The notes below the pieces were generated by a model, which saw only the letters and a program-made list of their open reading frames with translations, searched no databases and had not been told where the DNA came from. A program made the position numbers and the translations under genes. Positions 59,601-64,000 of a stretch of 64,000 nt of DNA are shown one piece after another (the first letter of the stretch is position 1; every line of letters starts with the position of its first letter). Source of the stretch: Lepidodermella squamata (taxonomy: Eukaryota > Animalia > Gastrotricha); contig JBLDXI010000080.1 of NCBI GenBank assembly GCA_047495785.1, forward strand, positions 14,698 to 78,697. The letters run 5' to 3'.

Positions 59601-61406
59601 ATTTCTCTGTTTTGGAATTACACACGGATAATATGGAAATTTGTCAGAAGCTTCATTTTTACATGTTGACATATGGCGGTTTAAATCATGATTATCCCGA
59701 AATTTTAAACTACAATTATTGCATATATATAATCCTCCAAGACTATCTAAATTAGTTATGTAAGAAAAGTGGTCAATATAGAGATGAAGATAAATCGGTT
59801 TTCTGTTTTCATTATGTTTAGAATTTCTTAGTACAAAAATTTTACGTTCTGTTTCATCTTCCTCGCAAGTAACAATATTTATCGCAAATTTTGTATTGAA
59901 TTCTTCATACTTGTCTAATTCTTTCAAAAACTGAAATCCTGTATAATTTTCTAGTTTCTTGTTAAGAGCATTTTTGTTTAATTTTTCTTCTGGGTAGTAA
60001 AACTGGTTAAATAATTCTTTAGCTTTATCTGTACACCTCTTGGATTTAGCTCCTTCAGCGATAGCAATGCATCTCCAAAAGCATAAATTATCGTCATAAT
60101 TATCCAAACTAATTATATTTTTTGATGACTTGATAAAAGCCGGAAGATTTACATTGGAACCAATCGGGTTATCTAATCTAGTTATCTTGACTGCCATGCT
60201 ATAAATTCCTCCAACAGTAAGATGGTTGCTTGACCGTTGCAGAGAAAATGGTAATTCTTTTAATTTCTCAACTGTTATTTTATTAGTAAAGTTTTCAATA
60301 TCTTTTCTGTTTTTAATTATTTCATTATGGTCAAAGAAATATATTTTAGAATTTTCTTTAGCTTTTTCCAAATCGAATGGGTGAAATAAAAATACTTGAT
60401 TATTTGTTTTATTGAAGTTATAAGAATTTGCTAGTAATTGATTTTTAGTTTCTAACTTGTCATCTTCGGTAACTTCTACTGTTTCTGTATCAAAAATTAC
60501 GTATCCAAAACTTAATAAGATTCTAAATTGAGTTTTCATTTTCTCATACAATTCAATAAGATTTTTCCGAATATCCTCATAAGAAGTTATATTATTATAG
60601 TATATTGTTTCTGTTGAAGGGCTATTGACAACTGAATCGATATAACGCCCTCTTTTTTCTGAAATAAGTTTTTTAATATAATTTCCACCTACATATATTC
60701 CGTCAGCATTTATATTTATAACTCCACTATTATCAATTCGATACCATTCGCCATTCTTTATAAATACAGGTACAAATTTATCATTTTTATAACTAAAATC
60801 ATATGGCAAAAGTAATAAGTTATTAAACTTCTCAGAGTTTATTTTAACTTCTCTTGCTGTAATTGGATTAATTACAAATCCATTTCTTGGTTTATTCACT
60901 TTTTGTAAAGATTTCTTATTTATATCGTAAATATAATCGCCAGAATTAATATAATTATTGAATTCTTCGTCAGCAATTTCAATTCCTCTTCCATTCATAG
61001 GCGAATGCACTTCGTTTTCGTTTAATTTTTTCTTTTTATAAAATTTATTTTCATTTTTATTATATACATACCCATTTTTCAGAACATTTTTGAATTCTTT
61101 CGAAGTCAGAGCAATAGTATTAGTAGATGTTGGTGACTGAACTCCACGAGTAAGTTTATTACCAATTTTGTTATAAATATAATGTTCATTTTCAATCAAG
61201 TTTTTAAACACTGTTCCACCGATTTCAATATCTTCATAAGTAACAGGATGTTCTACGGTGTTAACAAATAATTCGCCGTCTTTATACCATCTACCGTTTC
61301 TATACGTATATCCGTCAGAGATGTATTTTTTATGACTTTTTCCATCTTTGACGATATAGTTACCTTTTGGAGAAATGATTTTTGAAGTGCTAATATTTTC
61401 TTTCAT
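56670..61406 (-). CDS. polB: Protein-primed family B DNA polymerase (1578 aa)
   Basis: Exonuclease motifs GFDLE, FNSGFYD, YNNLDV. Polymerase motifs DANALY, KLVGNSAFG, MDTDS. N-terminal OTU-like DDNLCF...HFSYI and a zinc finger. Confidence 0.95.
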   Translation of the reverse strand: MKENISTSKIISPKGNYIVKDGKSHKKYISDGYTYRNGRWYKDGELFVNTVEHPVTYEDIEIGGTVFKNLIENEHYIYNKIGNKLTRGVQSPTSTNTIALTSKEFKNVLKNGYVYNKNENKFYKKKKLNENEVHSPMNGRGIEIADEEFNNYINSGDYIYDINKKSLQKVNKPRNGFVINPITAREVKINSEKFNNLLLLPYDFSYKNDKFVPVFIKNGEWYRIDNSGVININADGIYVGGNYIKKLISEKRGRYIDSVVNSPSTETIYYNNITSYEDIRKNLIELYEKMKTQFRILLSFGYVIFDTETVEVTEDDKLETKNQLLANSYNFNKTNNQVFLFHPFDLEKAKENSKIYFFDHNEIIKNRKDIENFTNKITVEKLKELPFSLQRSSNHLTVGGIYSMAVKITRLDNPIGSNVNLPAFIKSSKNIISLDNYDDNLCFWRCIAIAEGAKSKRCTDKAKELFNQFYYPEEKLNKNALNKKLENYTGFQFLKELDKYEEFNTKFAINIVTCEEDETERKIFVLRNSKHNENRKPIYLHLYIDHFSYITNLDSLGGLYICNNCSLKFRDNHDLNRHMSTCKNEASDKFPYYPCVIPKQRNVIEEHADIFDVNVDYHYDYLIGFDLEVIQIKKQIETESNTKFTHAHVPVSISVGSNIPGYTETKCLVSKIPEEITEFLFSYLDESTKVASKLMRQKLKPLIDKMKAYAKKSWPDKDDDIKNQLRRDKFMSKVYEYCDCVPVLGFNSGFYDLGVMTNHGFMKQILERYNTPMCIKEGQRFKTIKTPNFQFLDMTMYLAAGTPLSKFIAAYGADESKFMFPYEWLDNYDKLDYKIKSLKKEDFKSSLKGSELSENKFKEFIAECHKQNLVTIKDLLIYYNNLDVRPFIKACENYKDFYTQFKLDPFKDSISISGLSMKILISVMYTDFEENYLKEQNPIKRKVEVNMKHLEYKLKGYEYSDNNNHRHYDFPIQKAKEMMEKDFSCFYCWKGLNQITKSTNEIKQLIEKSSKEKTFGCADDLIYTFDRIDNHQGHTAENCVLCCLDCNRRRKTMFFKQFYRSECLKRYSKKNPMIHLIDEKNKEVFYKLKQNITGGASIVFHRYHEANKTNIQRVEYNVDEKKWFINQEQSKQVKKIVGFDANALYLYCIDQNMLCGVLRYTTIEDNGEEIKILEQIKHGKLFGEAEVDIFVPEHLYTYFSEMTPIFKNATYSQDLAGDYTKNLLKELGEKEGKKCVSFRTTKKLVGALKAEKILLKTTMIQFLLDHGCQISKIHGYIKATPRNIFKEFVEKVSDGRRQGDKDAKSAIFAEMWKLVGNSAFGRTAMDKNKHKKVKYVTEEKFTRLKHSYFYFDCNYIDLSQRNGIYVDGGTGIYEVFMKNRVVKQDSPIQIASSIFQDSKLRMLGFYYDFIDKYIDRSDYQYISMDTDSAYMAMSDDFHKLIKPELKDEFEKDKFNWFPRTDEKFKAYDKRTPGLFKIEWEGEKMCAATTKMYISEDSAGKNKLACKGIQKKSFNDDNLSFEAFKAVIDKKMYNECTNIGFRMINNEMVTYRVKKKGISPIYDKRVIMEDGIHTHPLDV

Positions 61407-61531
61407 TTTTATACTGTCATATATATTTTATATTCAAAACTTTTTAAGTGATTTTTCCGCGAATGGAAAAAAATGAAATAAAATTATTTAAAAAAATAAT
61501 TTCTTATATACTTGTATAAAAGCAAATCCAA

Positions 61532-61723
61532 ATGGAGCAAGCATCTACTAACGAAATTAAAAAGTTGAAATGGACCAAATTCAGCACTGATGAAGAACGT
61601 ATACAATCTAAAAAGGAAGCTGTCAGACGGGCTAAAAAGAAATATTATGATAAAAATATGGAAATAATTAGGCAGTTCAGAAATTTACAATTACAAAATT
61701 CTGATCCAAGTATAAAAATCTAG
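61532..61723 (+). CDS. Small basic helical protein (63 aa), possible DNA binder
   Basis: ATG ORF divergent from polB, preceded by TATAAAA; basic motif RRAKKKYYDKN. Confidence 0.5.
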   Translation: MEQASTNEIKKLKWTKFSTDEERIQSKKEAVRRAKKKYYDKNMEIIRQFRNLQLQNSDPSIKI

Positions 61724-61831
61724 TAAAAATAATTTTCTAGATATAATATAAGTGCTAATATTTTCTTTCAACAGGTTCACCATCTAACCTGGATGAATTT
61801 ATATAAGTTCATCCAGTTTATTTTTCAGCTT

Positions 61832-63961
61832 TTACAAAACATTTTCTTCCAATTCCCAATTTGGTTTTTCATATCCTGCAAATTTAACATAGCACCACTT
61901 CTTACCATCTTTAATCTTTCTTTTCAAAATCTTTTCAACTCTCCATATATTTTCATCCAGCTGTTTTGATTTCTGCAATTCCTGTTCATAAAAAGATCCA
62001 GAAATATGTTCTCCTGCTAAATCTATAAGTTTATATGTAGTTGGTTCATGTGTGACATTTACATCAATAACTTTATACAATTCTTCACTCCAGTTAGGAT
62101 AATAACCTTTATCAAATATTCCTTTCCATCTTGATATTCTTACAACATCTCCAATTTTGAATTTTGGTTTTGAAATAACAGATGAAAGTGAATTCAGAGT
62201 TTCATCTACTTTTTCTTTATTTTCTGGTTTACTTGCTTCAATAGGAGTCATCTTTATTGATGAATGATAAGAATTATTATAATCATTCATTAGAACAGGT
62301 AAAATAGGTAACCAGCGGTTGGTATTTAGTTCAGTAAATTTCTTCCACATTTTAGTTTTCAATGTTCTGTTGAATCTTTCAATTACAGGATTATGAAAAG
62401 CTTCAGATGTGTGATATAAAATAATATTATTACTGTCAAGATATTTTTTGAATTTACCTTTCCATTCGCTTCCCATATCAGCCCAAATTTTCTTTGGTTT
62501 CCTAGAAATAGTTTTATACGCTTCCAAAACTGTTTCAGGCTCTTTATTTTTTATTGGTAAAGCCCATGCAAATTTAGAAAACAAATCAATACATGTTAAC
62601 ATATATTTATAACCTTGATTACTTTTGCTTAATGATTGCATATCTACAAGATCTATACCGTGAATCTCGTCAATTTTTCTAACAATCACTTTTCTTCTTG
62701 GAAAACTTTTTCTTACTTGTTTATGAAGTTCATCTGCAAGAAATGTGAAATTATTTGTTTTAACGGGGTGTGGGCTTTTTTCCATGTCGGTTTTAGAAGT
62801 GATTTGAGAAGATTTATTTTTACCATGGGTATTTACATTGGTGATAGATTTTAAATTTTCTTTATTTTCTTTATTTTCTTGTAATAATGATTTCAAATTG
62901 TTAATTTCAGTTTTAACGGGGTATGGGCTTTTTTCCCGAACAGTTTTGGAAGGGATTTGAGAAGATTTATTTTTACCATGGGTATTTACATTGCTGTTAG
63001 ATTTTGAATTTTCTTTATTTTCTTTATTTTCTTGTAATAATGATTTTAAATTGCTAATTTCTGTTTTAACGGGGTGTGGGCTTTCTTCCCGATCAGTTTT
63101 GGAAGGGATTTGAGAAGATTTATTTTTACCGCGGGTATTTACATTACTCATAGATTTTGAATTTTCTTGATTTCTTTCATTTTCTTGTAATAATGATTTT
63201 AAATTGTTAATTTCTGTTTTAACGGGGTGTGGGCTTATTTCCATGTCGGTTTTAGAAGTGATTTGAGATGATTTATTTTTACCATGGGTATTTACATTAC
63301 TCATAGATTTTGAAATATTTTCATTTTCATCAGATTCTCGTTCCAAGATATTATTATCCGTTTTAACGGGGTGTGGGCTTATTTCCATATCAGTTTTAGA
63401 AGTGGTTTTAAGAGATTTATTTTTCTTCTGATTATAAGTATTGGTTTTGCTAATTTTTCCAGTTTTGTTAACACTCTCATCTGGAGTGAAATTTTCAGTT
63501 ATTTTGGGGTGTGGGCTTTTTTCCCGATCGGTTATTTTATTCTTATTATTTTTATCTGTATTTAATTTTTTATTGTCACTATAATTTATATTTTTTCTTT
63601 CGCGCAATGAATAACCTTTCCCACTAAATTTGTCTAATGTACCATTTTCTTTGAATATATTGTATACAAATGCAGCCATCATTTTTTCTCCACTATTCTT
63701 ATTTGGATCTTGAGCAATTTTTAAAGCTCTTTCTGCAAGAATTCTATCAGATACATTTCTTGTTCCTCTATCTTTGTAAAAATGGTAAGCCGCATCGTGT
63801 TCCATAGCTGCTTTATCTAATTCGTTAATTCCTTTGTAACCTTCTTTCATTCTTTGAATAAATTTCGTTCCTGGTCCAGCAAATGAATATTTTCCTGAAT
63901 TATTGAAACTTCCATTCTGTACGTATTCTCCTGGACCAAACGAAGGCAAATGCAACTCCAT
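61832..63961 (-). CDS. int: Fusion protein: parvovirus-type PLA2 domain, 51-aa repeats, rve (DDE) integrase and chromodomain (709 aa)
   Basis: FAGPGT...NELDKAAMEHDAAY; DDE triad GIDLVDM / WADMGSE / VIERFNRTLK; C-terminal WRVEKILKRK...YVKFAGY...W. Confidence 0.93.
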   Translation of the reverse strand: MELHLPSFGPGEYVQNGSFNNSGKYSFAGPGTKFIQRMKEGYKGINELDKAAMEHDAAYHFYKDRGTRNVSDRILAERALKIAQDPNKNSGEKMMAAFVYNIFKENGTLDKFSGKGYSLRERKNINYSDNKKLNTDKNNKNKITDREKSPHPKITENFTPDESVNKTGKISKTNTYNQKKNKSLKTTSKTDMEISPHPVKTDNNILERESDENENISKSMSNVNTHGKNKSSQITSKTDMEISPHPVKTEINNLKSLLQENERNQENSKSMSNVNTRGKNKSSQIPSKTDREESPHPVKTEISNLKSLLQENKENKENSKSNSNVNTHGKNKSSQIPSKTVREKSPYPVKTEINNLKSLLQENKENKENLKSITNVNTHGKNKSSQITSKTDMEKSPHPVKTNNFTFLADELHKQVRKSFPRRKVIVRKIDEIHGIDLVDMQSLSKSNQGYKYMLTCIDLFSKFAWALPIKNKEPETVLEAYKTISRKPKKIWADMGSEWKGKFKKYLDSNNIILYHTSEAFHNPVIERFNRTLKTKMWKKFTELNTNRWLPILPVLMNDYNNSYHSSIKMTPIEASKPENKEKVDETLNSLSSVISKPKFKIGDVVRISRWKGIFDKGYYPNWSEELYKVIDVNVTHEPTTYKLIDLAGEHISGSFYEQELQKSKQLDENIWRVEKILKRKIKDGKKWCYVKFAGYEKPNWELEENVL
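62755..63535 (-). repeat. 153-bp (51-aa) coding repeats in the integrase linker
   Basis: TTTTAACGGGGTRTGGGC at 62758, 62911, 63064, 63217 and 63361, degenerate near 63503; encodes SPHPVKT repeats. Confidence 0.9.
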
Positions 63962-64000
63962 TGGTAAATTATTTATTATTCCATCGAAAATTCCCCTATT

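Larger units (their letters stand above)
53146..64000. mobile_element. Maverick/Polinton (adintovirus-like) element, one end visible, continuing beyond the window
   Basis: Starts AGTAGT (typical Polinton terminus) exactly at the 28S breakpoint. AT-rich. Encodes a protein-primed PolB and an rve integrase. Confidence 0.92.

Noticed and set aside
57147-63565. Short + strand ORFs opposite polB and the integrase
   Set aside because: Antisense shadow ORFs of AT-rich coding DNA

Overview
Eukaryotic (metazoan, probably protostome) ribosomal DNA tandem array read on the minus strand. The basic unit is 8,455 bp (ETS-18S-ITS1-5.8S-ITS2-28S on the - strand), with a 5S gene on the + strand inside every intergenic spacer (IGS). 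Three of the five spacers carry non-LTR retrotransposon insertions, all on the + strand and all at two related IGS motifs: (i) a ~0.87-kb non-coding element head-to-tail with an intact ~6.5-kb LINE (Gag-like ORF1 with 3 CCHC knuckles plus APE-RT ORF2), 2753-10110; (ii) a 5'-truncated, poly(A)-tailed LINE of another family with a 14-bp TSD, 18584-19673; (iii) a 3.4-kb Gag-only relative of the intact LINE with a 20-bp TSD, 37064-40458. The intact LINE, the short element and the Gag-only element share a covarying 3' stem-loop, and the first two begin with a colinear mimic of their own target site. The last 28S copy is interrupted about 73 nt from its 5' end by a Maverick/Polinton (AGTAGT terminus at 53146) that runs off the window. 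It encodes a protein-primed PolB and an unusual PLA2-repeat-integrase-chromodomain fusion. The IGS also holds a duplicate of the 5S upstream motif followed by a 17-nt element antisense to 28S (candidate ncRNA). One local 28S 3'-end variant matches a PacBio barcode and is probably an assembly artefact. rRNA ends are placed by eye (within a few nt).
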